The position numbers and the translations under genes are program-made. This document shows, piece after piece, positions 26,115 through 35,508 of a DNA stretch of 64,000 nt. The stretch's first letter is position 1; each line of letters starts with the position of its first letter. The stretch is from Gammaproteobacteria bacterium (lineage in GTDB: Bacteria; Pseudomonadota; Gammaproteobacteria; Ga0077536): positions 164,985 through 228,984 of the forward strand of contig JBHIYN010000001.1 in the NCBI GenBank assembly GCA_041984235.1. Reading direction: 5' to 3'. Under the pieces are notes generated by a model that saw only the letters and a program-made list of their open reading frames with translations, did no database searches and was not told the origin of the DNA.

Positions 26115-28442
26115 TCAGCCCGGCAGGCCGAGCACGCCCTTGGCGATGATGTTGCGCTGGATCTCGTTCGAGCCGCCGTAGATCGTCGCCGGCCGTGCGT
26201 TGTAGAACTGGCTGAGGACGTCCACCGTCTCGTGACCGAAGGCGAGCGCGCCGGGCGTCGCGCCGTCGGCGGCGGCCGCCTCGACCATCAGCTCGGACAG
26301 CCGCGCGAAGGTCTCGGTGCCCCAGATCTTGAGCAGCGACACGTCCGGACCCAGCGTGTCGCCGCGGCGCACGATGTCGGCGAACACCTGGTAGGTCGAC
26401 TCCAGGTCCAGCACGTCGAGCTTGAGCCGCACGAGGCGATCGCGGAAGGCGCCGTCGTCGAGCATCCCGGCGCCGGCGGCGAGCGCTTCGAGGCGCATCA
26501 GGGCGTACTGCGACTGCTTGGGGCTGCCGATGAAGATACGCTCGAAACCGAGCAGGGCCTTGGCGATGGTCCAGCCCTGGTTGATCTCGCCGACCAGGCA
26601 ATCCGCCGGCACGCGCACGTCGTCGAGGAACACCTCGCAGAACTCCTCGTGTCCGGCGATGTTGCGAATCGGGCGTATGGTCACCCCCGGCTGGTCGAAG
26701 TCGATGAGGAAGAAGCTGATGCCGGCCTGCGGCTTGCCTTCCCTGGAAGTGCGCGCGAGGCAGAACATGTGGGTCGCGTCCTGCGCCAGCGTGGTCCAGG
26801 TCTTCTGCCCGTTGATCACGAACTCGTCGCCATCGGCAACGGCCTCGGTCTTGAGGCTGGCGAGGTCGGAGCCGGCATTCGGTTCCGAGTAGCCCTGGCA
26901 CCACACGGCGTCGCCGGACAGGATCTGCGGCAGGTATCTCGCGCGCTGCTCGGCGGTACCGTGGCGTATGAGCAGCGGGCCGACCATCTGGATACCCATG
27001 TCGGGTGCGCGGCCGACGCCCCAGCGCTCCTGCTCCTCGATGAAGATGAGCAGCTTCGACGGCGACAGGCCCATGCCGCCATGCTCCGCCGGCCACGCCG
27101 GCGCCACCCAGCCCTTCGCCGAGAGCTTCAGGTACCACGGCTTGATGTCGGACCAGCGCAGGCGTTCCGAGGGATAGCGCAGCTCGGGCGGGTACTCGGA
27201 CTCGAAGAAGCGGCGCACCAGCATGCGAAAGGTCTCGTCGTCGATGCTGTCCCACTCGCCGTTGGCGGGCTCCGCGGTAGTGGTGAGCGTAGCCGGCGCG
27301 CGCTCGCCGCTCTCCGCGCCGAGCAGGCTGGCCAGGCGGGTCGCGTGGAAGCTCGCGTTGCCGTGGCGTGCGGCCAGCACCAGCGCGCGGTTGAGATACA
27401 GGCCGACGTCGCACTCGTCGGTGTAACCGATGCCGCCGTGCAGCTGCACGGCCTGGCGGGTCAGCAGCAGCGCCGTCTCGCTGGCGCGGTACTTGGCGCG
27501 GCTCGCGGCCCGCGCGCGCGCCTCGGCCGAGACCGCGGCGTCGTAGTCGGCGAGTGCCTCGTCGAGCACTGCGCCGGCGATGGTCTTGTGGATGAAGAGG
27601 TCGACCGCGCGGTGCTGCAGGGCCTGGAAGCTGCCGATCGGGCGGCCGAACTGCTCGCGGGTCTTGAGGTAGTCCAGGGTGATGTCGAAGATGCGCTCGC
27701 TCAGGCCGACCAGGTAGGCGGCGCTGCCGAGGCGTGCCAGCGCGCGTGCGTCGGCCAGCGCGTCGGCCGCGGCGTCGCCGCGCGCGAGCAGGGCGCCGGC
27801 GTCGACCGCGGCCTGCTCCAGGATCAGCGTGGCGCTGCTGGTGCCGTCACTCTGGGTGCGGGATTCGACGCGCACGCGCGCGTGGTCGGTGGCGACCAGG
27901 AACAGGGCGGGAGCCGTGTCGAGCACGGCTTCGACCACGACGTGGTCCAGCGCCTCGGCCAGGGCCACGCCGCGCACTCGCCCGTCGAGCAGGTAGCCGT
28001 CGCGCTGCGGCGTTGCCAGCAGGGGCGGAATGCCGCCGGCGAACTCACCGGCCTCGGCCAGCGCGGCGCCGATCAGGGTCTCGCCGTGAAAGAGGTCACG
28101 CAGCAGCACGCCGTCGCGGTCCAGCGCCGCGAGCAGGCCGCAGGCGGCGACACCGCATTCGAGCATCGGCTCGGGCGCTACCACGCGGCCCAGCTCGCGG
28201 CACACCGCGCCCGCCGCCTGGGCGCCGAGATCGAGCCCGCCGGCGGTCTCCGGTGCGAGGATGCCGGCCCAGCCGAGCTCGCACATCTCGCGCCACGCAC
28301 CGCGGTCGAACGGCGGCGCCGCGCCGCGCAGTGCACGCAGGCGTTCCACGCCGAGACTGCGTGCGCAGAAGTCGGCGGCGCTGTCACGCAGCATGTCGAT
28401 GGTCTCGAGGTCCACCGCGGGGCGGCGCAGGGCTTCGCTCAT
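26115..28442 (-). CDS. fused two-domain acyl-CoA dehydrogenase (776 aa)
   Basis: Two consecutive ACAD-like units are present. The second has canonical 'QGYSEPNAGSDLASL' and 'TIYGGSNEIQRNIIAK'. The start is at 'MSEALRRPAV' with a GGAGAC SD. The remainder of track ORF 26115..29822 is antisense to the hydratase gene. Confidence 0.75.
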   Translation of the reverse strand: MSEALRRPAVDLETIDMLRDSAADFCARSLGVERLRALRGAAPPFDRGAWREMCELGWAGILAPETAGGLDLGAQAAGAVCRELGRVVAPEPMLECGVAACGLLAALDRDGVLLRDLFHGETLIGAALAEAGEFAGGIPPLLATPQRDGYLLDGRVRGVALAEALDHVVVEAVLDTAPALFLVATDHARVRVESRTQSDGTSSATLILEQAAVDAGALLARGDAAADALADARALARLGSAAYLVGLSERIFDITLDYLKTREQFGRPIGSFQALQHRAVDLFIHKTIAGAVLDEALADYDAAVSAEARARAASRAKYRASETALLLTRQAVQLHGGIGYTDECDVGLYLNRALVLAARHGNASFHATRLASLLGAESGERAPATLTTTAEPANGEWDSIDDETFRMLVRRFFESEYPPELRYPSERLRWSDIKPWYLKLSAKGWVAPAWPAEHGGMGLSPSKLLIFIEEQERWGVGRAPDMGIQMVGPLLIRHGTAEQRARYLPQILSGDAVWCQGYSEPNAGSDLASLKTEAVADGDEFVINGQKTWTTLAQDATHMFCLARTSREGKPQAGISFFLIDFDQPGVTIRPIRNIAGHEEFCEVFLDDVRVPADCLVGEINQGWTIAKALLGFERIFIGSPKQSQYALMRLEALAAGAGMLDDGAFRDRLVRLKLDVLDLESTYQVFADIVRRGDTLGPDVSLLKIWGTETFARLSELMVEAAAADGATPGALAFGHETVDVLSQFYNARPATIYGGSNEIQRNIIAKGVLGLPG

Positions 28443-28574
28443 GGTCGGGTCTCCGAAGTCGCGGTAAGGCGTGCGATGATAAATCGTTATCGAGCCGCTG
28501 TCGGGCAGCGCCCGCCGCCGGCCGGTCCGATCAACGGCGTGGCACGGCGTCGCGCCGCACAGCGAGGGGAGACG

Positions 28575-29351
28575 ATGAAGCCTGAACTGGTCAAGCTCGA
28601 CGTGGTCGAGGATTTCGTGGCGGTGGTGACGCTGGACAACCCGCCGGTCAACGCGCACAGCCAGCGCCTGCTCGAAGAGGTGGCCTGGACCTTCGACACC
28701 GTCAGCGACCGCGAGGACATCCGCGCCGCGGTGCTGACCGGTGCCGGCAAGTGCTTCTGTGCCGGCGCCGACATCAAGGAACGCGTCGGGCGCACGCCGC
28801 AGCCGGGCGACCACTGGCAGAACAGTCGCCGCGCCCGCGAGGCTTACCACAGCATCATGGAGTGCCGTAAGCCGGTCATCGCCGCGATCAACGGCCCGGC
28901 GCTGGGCGGCGGGCTGGCGCTCGCGGCCTCCTGCGACATCCTGCTGGCGAGCGAGGACGGCTGCCTGGGTCTGCCCGAGATCAACGTCGGCCTGCTGGGC
29001 GGCGGCCGCCACAGCCAGCGCCTGTTCGGGCATTCGCGCCTGCGCCGCATGATGCTCACCGGCATGCGCCTGTTCGGACCCGAGCTGTACCGCCTGGGCG
29101 TGGTCGAGGCGTGCACCGCGCCGGACGCGCTGATGGACGAGGCGCTCGCGATCGCCCGCGAGATCGCGGCCAAGAGCCCCGTCGCAAGCGTGCTCGCCAA
29201 GCACGCGCTCAACCAGATCGAGGAGATGACGCTGCGCGACGGCTACCGCTTCGAGCAGACCATGACCGGCGAGCTCGGCAAGACCGAGGACTCGAAGGAA
29301 GCGATGCGCGCGTTCGTGGAGAAACGCACGCCGCAATTCAAGGGCCGCTGA
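28575..29351 (+). CDS. enoyl-CoA hydratase/isomerase
   Basis: 'VLTGAGKCFCAGADIKE' and 'AAINGPALGGGLALAASCDILLAS' are present. A GAGGGGA SD precedes the ATG. It is divergent from the fused ACAD. Confidence 0.85.
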   Translation: MKPELVKLDVVEDFVAVVTLDNPPVNAHSQRLLEEVAWTFDTVSDREDIRAAVLTGAGKCFCAGADIKERVGRTPQPGDHWQNSRRAREAYHSIMECRKPVIAAINGPALGGGLALAASCDILLASEDGCLGLPEINVGLLGGGRHSQRLFGHSRLRRMMLTGMRLFGPELYRLGVVEACTAPDALMDEALAIAREIAAKSPVASVLAKHALNQIEEMTLRDGYRFEQTMTGELGKTEDSKEAMRAFVEKRTPQFKGR

Positions 29352-29381
29352 GCAGGCCGTACCCCTCCGGGAGAACCGTCC

Positions 29382-29909
29382 ATGAGTATCGAATTCGTCG
29401 ACCCACGTGGCGAGACACGGCGCGCCGCGCAAGCCTATGAACATGTCCTCGACGTCACCGTGCCGGCGACCATCGGCCTGCTGGCCAACGGCTTTCCCGA
29501 CTCGGTCGCGTTCCTGGACGCGGTCGAGGTCGCTCTGGGCGAGGCGCTGCCGCAGGCGAGCTTCCGCCGCTACGCCAAGCCGGGCGCCTCGGCGCCGGCC
29601 GACAGCGCGCTGGTCGCCCGCATCGCGGCCGAGTGCGATGCGCTGGTGACCGCCTACGGGCACTGAGGCAGCTGCACATCCGGCACCGTGCGTGACGGCA
29701 TTGCACTGGCCCGCGAGGGGCGCCCGGCGGTGGCCTTCGTGACCACCAAGTTCGAGCCGCAGGGCGACTTCGTCGCCCGCGCCGAGGGCATGCCCGACGT
29801 GCCTCGCGTGATCGTGCCGCACCCGGTGGCCGGCATCGGTGCTGCCGCCATGGCCGCGCTGGCGCGCGACATCGCCGTCACCGTGGTCGAACGGCTGCGC
29901 GCCGGATGA
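29382..29909 (+). CDS. UGSC-motif selenoprotein; TGA at 29664..29666 read as selenocysteine
   Basis: Track ORFs 29382..29666 and 29688..29909 are in the same frame, separated only by one TGA. Read-through gives '...AYGH-U-GSC-TSGTVRDGIALAREG...'. There is a GGAGAA SD before 29382. The gene is co-oriented with selA and selB downstream, and tRNA-Sec is present in the window. Confidence 0.75.
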
Positions 29910-30973
29910 GCGCGCTGCTCAGCGCGGCCGATGCCGATGCCGCACTCGAGCGACTGCACGCCCTGCGCTGCACGGACGGCCTGCCGGTGGTCATTCCGAC
30001 CCCCGAGCGCGTCTCGCGGCTGGTGCTCGCGAGCGGGCTGGACGCCGACATCGAGCTCGGCGTGATGGGGCCGGGTTATGGCGTCGCCACCGTGGAGAAG
30101 GTTGCCGCCTGCGCGGTCATGGCCGGCTGCCTGCCCGACCACATGCCGGTGGTCGCGGCCGCCGTGCGCGCGGTGTGCCGGCCCGAGTTCGATCTCACCG
30201 AGATGCAGTGCACCACGCATGCCATCGCACCGCTGGTCGTGGTCAACGGTCCGGCGCGCGCGGCCGGCGGCTTCGCCTCCGGCTTCGGGCTGATGGGGCC
30301 CGGCCACCGCGCCAACGCCAGCGTCGGCCGCGCCCTGCGCCTGGCCATGATCAACATCGGCGGCGCGCGCCCGGGCGAATCCGACATGGCCATCCACGGC
30401 TCGCCGGCCAAGTTCTCGCTGTGCTTTGCCGAGGACGAGGCGGCCTCGCCCTTCGCGCCGCTGCACACGACCTTCGGCTACGCGCCCGGCGACAGCGCGG
30501 TCATGGTGCTCGGCGTCGAGGGCCCGCACTCGGTGCTGTTCAGCGGCGATGCCGGCGATAGCGCGTCGGCCGAGGCCCTGCTCGACACCCTGGCCGCGGT
30601 GATCGCCAATCGCGGCAGCAACAACTCCTACCTCGGCGGCCGCGCCGCGGTCGCGCTGGTGCTCAATCCCGAGCATGCCGCGATCCTGGCCGGGGCCGGT
30701 CATGGCCGCGAGTCCGTGCAGCAGGAGCTCGCCGCGCGCGCGGTGACCCCGCGCGAAATCCTGCAGCGCCTCAATCCGAAGATGCTGCAGGGCGAGGAAG
30801 CCCTGATCCCGGCAGTGCGCGATCCGGCCCGGGTGCACCTGATGGTGGCCGGCGCGCCCGGCCTGTACTCGGTCGTGATGCCGTCGTGGTGTGCCGGGCC
30901 ACACGGCAACGTCGCGGTGCACGCGGCGGTCGAGCTGGACCCGTACTGCGAATTACCCACGGCCTCCCGCTGA
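29906..30973 (+). CDS. conserved hypothetical protein (355 aa), translationally coupled to the UGSC selenoprotein
   Basis: A long intact ORF whose start overlaps the upstream stop by 4 nt (ATGA). Family not recognised from sequence; it is not SelD-like. Confidence 0.55.
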   Translation: MSALLSAADADAALERLHALRCTDGLPVVIPTPERVSRLVLASGLDADIELGVMGPGYGVATVEKVAACAVMAGCLPDHMPVVAAAVRAVCRPEFDLTEMQCTTHAIAPLVVVNGPARAAGGFASGFGLMGPGHRANASVGRALRLAMINIGGARPGESDMAIHGSPAKFSLCFAEDEAASPFAPLHTTFGYAPGDSAVMVLGVEGPHSVLFSGDAGDSASAEALLDTLAAVIANRGSNNSYLGGRAAVALVLNPEHAAILAGAGHGRESVQQELAARAVTPREILQRLNPKMLQGEEALIPAVRDPARVHLMVAGAPGLYSVVMPSWCAGPHGNVAVHAAVELDPYCELPTASR

Positions 30974-31040
30974 GCGCCGCGCCGCCGCGATCTGCTAGGC
31001 TGTGACGCTGCCGGGTGCAACGGCCCGGGGGGAGAATGTC

Positions 31041-32129
31041 ATGTCCGATCTGTATGCCGACGCCGCGGTCACGGTACGCGAGGATCTCGCCGCCGCGCAC
31101 GCGCGCAGCCTGGCCAGTTTTAGCGCGCCGGGAACCTGGTTCGACGGCGCGACCCGCGCCGGCCTGGCCGGCGAGGCGCGGCAGGCCCGCGCAGAGGCCG
31201 GCCTGCAGCCGGGCACGCCGCCGACGGAGGGGGGCGGCGCGGTGCCCGCGGCCGCCGCGCGCGTGGTCCGGCGGATTGCCGCCGACCCGACCGACCTCGA
31301 TCGCAGCCTGTTCGACGATGCCTGCGCCGAGGGTCTGAGCGAGGAAGAGTACGTCGAATGCGTCGGCATTGCCGCGCGCATCAGTAACCTCGACATGTTC
31401 GCGCGCGGCCTCGGCGTCGCACCGCGGCCGCTGCCGCCGGTCAGCGCCGGCGAGCCGAGCCGACGGCGTCCGGCCGCGGCGGTCGCGGAGGGCGCCTGGG
31501 TGGCGACGATCCCCAACGGTGAGGCCGGCGGCGCCGAGGGTGCCGCGCTCTACGGCGGGCAGTGGGCGGCCAACATCCTGCGCGCGCTCAGCCTGGTGCC
31601 CGCCGAAGCCGCGGACCTGATTGCCTTGGGCGACGTGCAGTACGTCTCGGTGGCCAACTTCATGGACTTCGGCTACTCGCACGACCCGGCCATCTCGCGG
31701 CAGCAGGTCGAACTGGTGGCGGCGCGCATCTCCGCGCTCAACGCCTGCTTCTACTGAACCTCCTGGCATGTGCAGCTGCTCCGTGCGAGCGGCCAGTCGG
31801 GACAGAAGACTTACGAACTGAAAGGGGTTACCGATCGTGCGCTCGCTATCGGCGTGGACGACGAGGACGTCTTGCTGGCCTTCGCCGACGCGGTCTTCGG
31901 CGGGCCGCAGGCTGCGCTCGACGCGGCGCGCAGCGCGCTGCGCCATCGCCTGGGTGACGGCGGCCTGGTCGAGGCCGCGATCACCGCGGCGAATTTCAGC
32001 CTGGTCGATCGCGTCGCCAACAGCATCGGTATTCCGCTCGATGGCATGGCCATCGAGCAGACGGCCGATTTTCGCGAACCGCTCGGCATCAACCGCTTCC
32101 CTTCGGCGCGCAATACGCTCGGCGGCTGA
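31041..32129 (+). CDS. AhpD/carboxymuconolactone-decarboxylase-like selenoprotein (CxxUxxxH); TGA at 31755..31757 read as selenocysteine
   Basis: Track ORFs 31002..31757 and 31770..32129 share a frame and are separated by one TGA. Read-through gives 'NA-C-F-Y-U-T-S-W-H', matching the AhpD core CxxCxxxH motif with Sec in place of the second Cys. A 'ggggggagaa' SD precedes the ATG at 31041. selA lies immediately downstream. Confidence 0.75.
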
Positions 32130-32159
32130 ACCGCCGCCGGGCACACGGACGGCGGCGCC

Positions 32160-33584
32160 GTGAGCGACGGCGCCGAGGCCAACGCGGCGCTGCGGGCGGT
32201 GCCGTCGATCGACGAGTTGCTGCGCGGTGCCGATGCCGCCCGCCTGGTCGATGCCTGGGGCCGCGAAGCGGTCGTCGCGGCCTTGCGCGAAGCGGCCGAC
32301 GCGGCGCGCGCGGCACTCGCCGGGGGCGCTGCGGCGGCGCGTGCGCAGGCGTCGGCGGAGGCCCTGGTCGCGGACGCGGCCGCCCGCCTCGCGGCGCTGA
32401 TGGCGCCGGCGCTGAAGCCGGTGTTCAACCTCACCGGCACGGTGCTGCACACCAATCTCGGACGCGCGCCGCTGCCGGCCGAGGCGATCGCGGCGATGAG
32501 CGCGGCGGCCGGTGCCAGCAACCTCGAGTACGACCTCTCGACGGGACGCCGCGGCGATCGCGATGCGCTGGTCGAGGACTGGATCTGCCGCCTCACCGGG
32601 GCCGAGGCGGCGACCGTGGTCAACAACAACGCCGCCGCCGTGCTGCTGCTGCTGAACACGCTCGCGCGGCGCCGCGAGGTGCCCGTGTCGCGCGGCGAGC
32701 TGGTCGAGATCGGCGGCGCCTTCCGTATTCCCGACGTCATGGCGCGGGCCGGCAGCAAGCTGGTCGAGGTCGGTACGACCAACCGTACCCATGCGCGTGA
32801 TTTCGAGGACGCGCTCGGTGCGCGCAGCGCGCTGCTCATGAAGGTGCATACCAGTAACTACGTGGTCGAGGGTTTCACCGCCGCGGTCGCCGAGCCCGAG
32901 CTGGCGCGCATCGCGCATGCAGCCGGTGTGCCGTTCGTGGTCGATCTCGGCAGTGGCACGCTGACCGACCTGTCGCGCTTCGGCCTGCCGCGCGAGCAGA
33001 CCGTCGCCGAGACCCTGGCCAATGGCGCCGACCTGGTGACCTTCAGCGGTGACAAGCTGCTCGGCGGCCCGCAGTGCGGCATCATCGCGGGGCGCGCCGA
33101 TCTCGTGCGCCGCATCAAGAAGAACCCGATGAAGCGCGCCCTGCGCGTGGACAAGATCACGCTCGCCGCGCTGGGCGCGGTGCTGCGCCTGTACGGCGAT
33201 CCCGCACGCCTGCCCGAACGCCTGCCGGCGCTGCGCCTGCTGACCCGCGACGAGGCCGACATCCGCGCCGCTGCCGAGCGGCTGCTGCAGCCGCTGCGTG
33301 CGGCACTGGGCGCTGCCGCGACGGTCGACGTCGTCGCCTGTCGCAGCCAGATCGGCAGCGGCGCCCTGCCGGTCGACCTGTTGCCGAGCGCCGCGCTGCG
33401 CATCACGCCGCCGGGCCGGCGCGGGCGGGCACCGGAGCGGCTGGCCGCACGCCTGCGCGCGCTGCCGCTGCCGGTCATCGGTCGCATCGCGGACGGCGCC
33501 GTGCTGCTCGACCTGCGCTGCCTGGACGACGAGGCCGGATTCGTCGACCAGCTGGCGCTGCTGGGCGAGGGTGAAGCGCCGTGA
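32160..33584 (+). CDS. selA: L-seryl-tRNA(Sec) selenium transferase
   Basis: The PLP-lysine region '[20 protein letters not shown]', '[15 protein letters not shown]' and the N-terminal 'VPSIDELLR' are present. The start is GTG. Confidence 0.9.
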   Translation: MSDGAEANAALRAVPSIDELLRGADAARLVDAWGREAVVAALREAADAARAALAGGAAAARAQASAEALVADAAARLAALMAPALKPVFNLTGTVLHTNLGRAPLPAEAIAAMSAAAGASNLEYDLSTGRRGDRDALVEDWICRLTGAEAATVVNNNAAAVLLLLNTLARRREVPVSRGELVEIGGAFRIPDVMARAGSKLVEVGTTNRTHARDFEDALGARSALLMKVHTSNYVVEGFTAAVAEPELARIAHAAGVPFVVDLGSGTLTDLSRFGLPREQTVAETLANGADLVTFSGDKLLGGPQCGIIAGRADLVRRIKKNPMKRALRVDKITLAALGAVLRLYGDPARLPERLPALRLLTRDEADIRAAAERLLQPLRAALGAAATVDVVACRSQIGSGALPVDLLPSAALRITPPGRRGRAPERLAARLRALPLPVIGRIADGAVLLDLRCLDDEAGFVDQLALLGEGEAP

Positions 33585-35494
33585 TCGTCGCCACCGCCGG
33601 CCACGTCGATCATGGCAAGACGCTGCTGGTGCGGGCGCTCACCGGTGTGGACACCGACCGCCTGCCGGAGGAGAAGCAGCGCGGACTGACCATAGAGCTC
33701 GGCTTCGCCTACCACGATCTCGGCGACGGCGAGATCACCGGCTTCATCGACGTGCCCGGCCACGAGCGCTTCATTCGTACCATGATCGCCGGTGCCAGCG
33801 GCATCGACGTGGTGCTGTTCATCGTCGCCGCGGACGACGGCCCGATGCCGCAGACCGCGGAGCATCTCGCGATCCTCGACCTGCTGGGGGTGCAGCGCGG
33901 GGTGGTCGCATTGACCAAGGTCGACCGGGTCGACGACGCGCGCCTGCAGGCGGTTACCGTCGAGTGCCGCCGCCTGTTCGAACCGACGCCGCTGGCGATG
34001 GCTCCGATCGTACCCGTTTCGGCGCTCGAAGGCCGCGGCATCGATCTGCTGCGCGAGGTGCTGCTGAAGCTCTCCGCCGAGGTGCCGCCGCGTGTGGTCG
34101 CAGGCAATTTCCGCCTCGCCATCGATCGCAGCTTCCTGCTCAAGGGCGCCGGACGGGTGGTGACCGGCACCGTCTTCTCCGGGCAGGTCGGCGTCGGCGA
34201 GGCGGTGTGTCACGTCCCGGGCGGCGAGAGCGTGCGGGTGCGCGGCATCCACGCCCAGAACCACGAGGCGGAGTCGGCCGGCGCCGGCCTGCGCACCGCG
34301 CTCAACCTGGCCGGCAGCGGGCTGCGCGACGGCGATCTGCATCGCGGTGACTGGATCGTCGCTGACGGCGCCGCGTTCTCCACCCGCCGGCTCGACGCCA
34401 TGCTGCGCGTGCTGCCGGGGGAGAGCCGGGCGCTGCGCAATCGCACCCCGGTGCACGTGCACGTCGGCGCCGCCGACGTCACCGGCCGCGTCGTGACCTT
34501 CGACGGCAAGGCCATAGAGCCCGGCGCGGAGGCGCCGGTGCAGTTGCTGCTCGACCGCGAGCTGCACGCGGTCCACGGCGACCGCATCGTGCTGCGCGAC
34601 CAGTCGGCGCGGCGTACCCTGGGCGGCGGCACGGTCATCGATCCGGTGCCCGACGTCCGCGGCCGCTCGCGCAGCGAGCGCGTACGTTACCGTGAAGCGA
34701 TGTCGTGTGACGACCCGGCCGCGGCCCTGGACGCGGCCCTGGCGGCGCTCCCCGACGGCATCGAGCTCGATCGCTTCAGTCGCTGCTGGAATCTTACCGC
34801 CGCGGAGGCCGAGGCACTGTTCGCGCGCAGCGCGATGGTGCGCGTCGACCGCGGCGACGTGCGGCTCGGTTTCGAGCCGGCGCGCTGGCAGGCCCTGCAG
34901 GACATGCTGCCGCCGGCGGTGGCGGCGGTTCATGCCGAGGCGCCCGACCGCCCCGGTGCCAGCGAGGCCGAGATCAACCGCAAGCTGCCCGAGCGCCTGC
35001 GTCCCGCACTGCTCGCGCTGCTCGTCGAACAGCTCGTCGCGGCCGGTACCCTGGAACGCAACGGCGCCGTGGTGCGCGTGCCCGGTCACGCTGTGCAGCG
35101 CTCGCCGGCCGACGAGAAGCTGTGGCGGCGGGTCGGGCCGATCCTCGAAAAGGCCGCGTTGAAGGCGCCGGTGGTGCATGACCTGCACGAGGCGCTGCAC
35201 ATCGACCTCAAGCTGCTGGAGGGTTTCCTCGGGCGCTCTGCGCAGCAGGGTTACCTGGTGCGCGTGAGCGCCAAGCGTTACTTCCTGCCGGACAGCATGC
35301 GCACTTTCGAGACCATCGTGCTGGAGCTTGCGCGCACCCAGCCGGATGGCGTATTCACCGTTGCCGATTTTCGTAACCGCGCCGGCATCGGCCGCAATGC
35401 GGTGGTCGAGATCCTGGAATACTTCGACCGCGTCGGCCTGACCCGGCGCCACGGCCAGGTGCGCCGGGTCGTCGGCACGCCCACCCATCTCTGA
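33581..35494 (+). CDS. selB: selenocysteine-specific translation elongation factor
   Basis: The GTPase G1 motif '[16 protein letters not shown]', 'DVPGHERFI' and the long C-terminal winged-helix extension are present. It overlaps selA by 4 nt (GTGA). Confidence 0.9.
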   Translation: MIVATAGHVDHGKTLLVRALTGVDTDRLPEEKQRGLTIELGFAYHDLGDGEITGFIDVPGHERFIRTMIAGASGIDVVLFIVAADDGPMPQTAEHLAILDLLGVQRGVVALTKVDRVDDARLQAVTVECRRLFEPTPLAMAPIVPVSALEGRGIDLLREVLLKLSAEVPPRVVAGNFRLAIDRSFLLKGAGRVVTGTVFSGQVGVGEAVCHVPGGESVRVRGIHAQNHEAESAGAGLRTALNLAGSGLRDGDLHRGDWIVADGAAFSTRRLDAMLRVLPGESRALRNRTPVHVHVGAADVTGRVVTFDGKAIEPGAEAPVQLLLDRELHAVHGDRIVLRDQSARRTLGGGTVIDPVPDVRGRSRSERVRYREAMSCDDPAAALDAALAALPDGIELDRFSRCWNLTAAEAEALFARSAMVRVDRGDVRLGFEPARWQALQDMLPPAVAAVHAEAPDRPGASEAEINRKLPERLRPALLALLVEQLVAAGTLERNGAVVRVPGHAVQRSPADEKLWRRVGPILEKAALKAPVVHDLHEALHIDLKLLEGFLGRSAQQGYLVRVSAKRYFLPDSMRTFETIVLELARTQPDGVFTVADFRNRAGIGRNAVVEILEYFDRVGLTRRHGQVRRVVGTPTHL

Positions 35495-35508
35495 ACGGAG
35501 CCAATCAC

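Noticed and set aside
26028-29351. Very long track ORFs (26028..29351 +, the 5' part of 26115..29822 -, 30771..32918 -, 22501..25656 +, 15284..17248 +, 32858..35488 -, 38384..40552 +, 109aa+ overlapping ORFs throughout).
   Set aside because: They are antisense or alternative-frame read-throughs typical of high-GC DNA. Their translations are Arg/Ala/Gly/Pro-rich low-complexity, and they overlap genes with clear motif support on the other strand.
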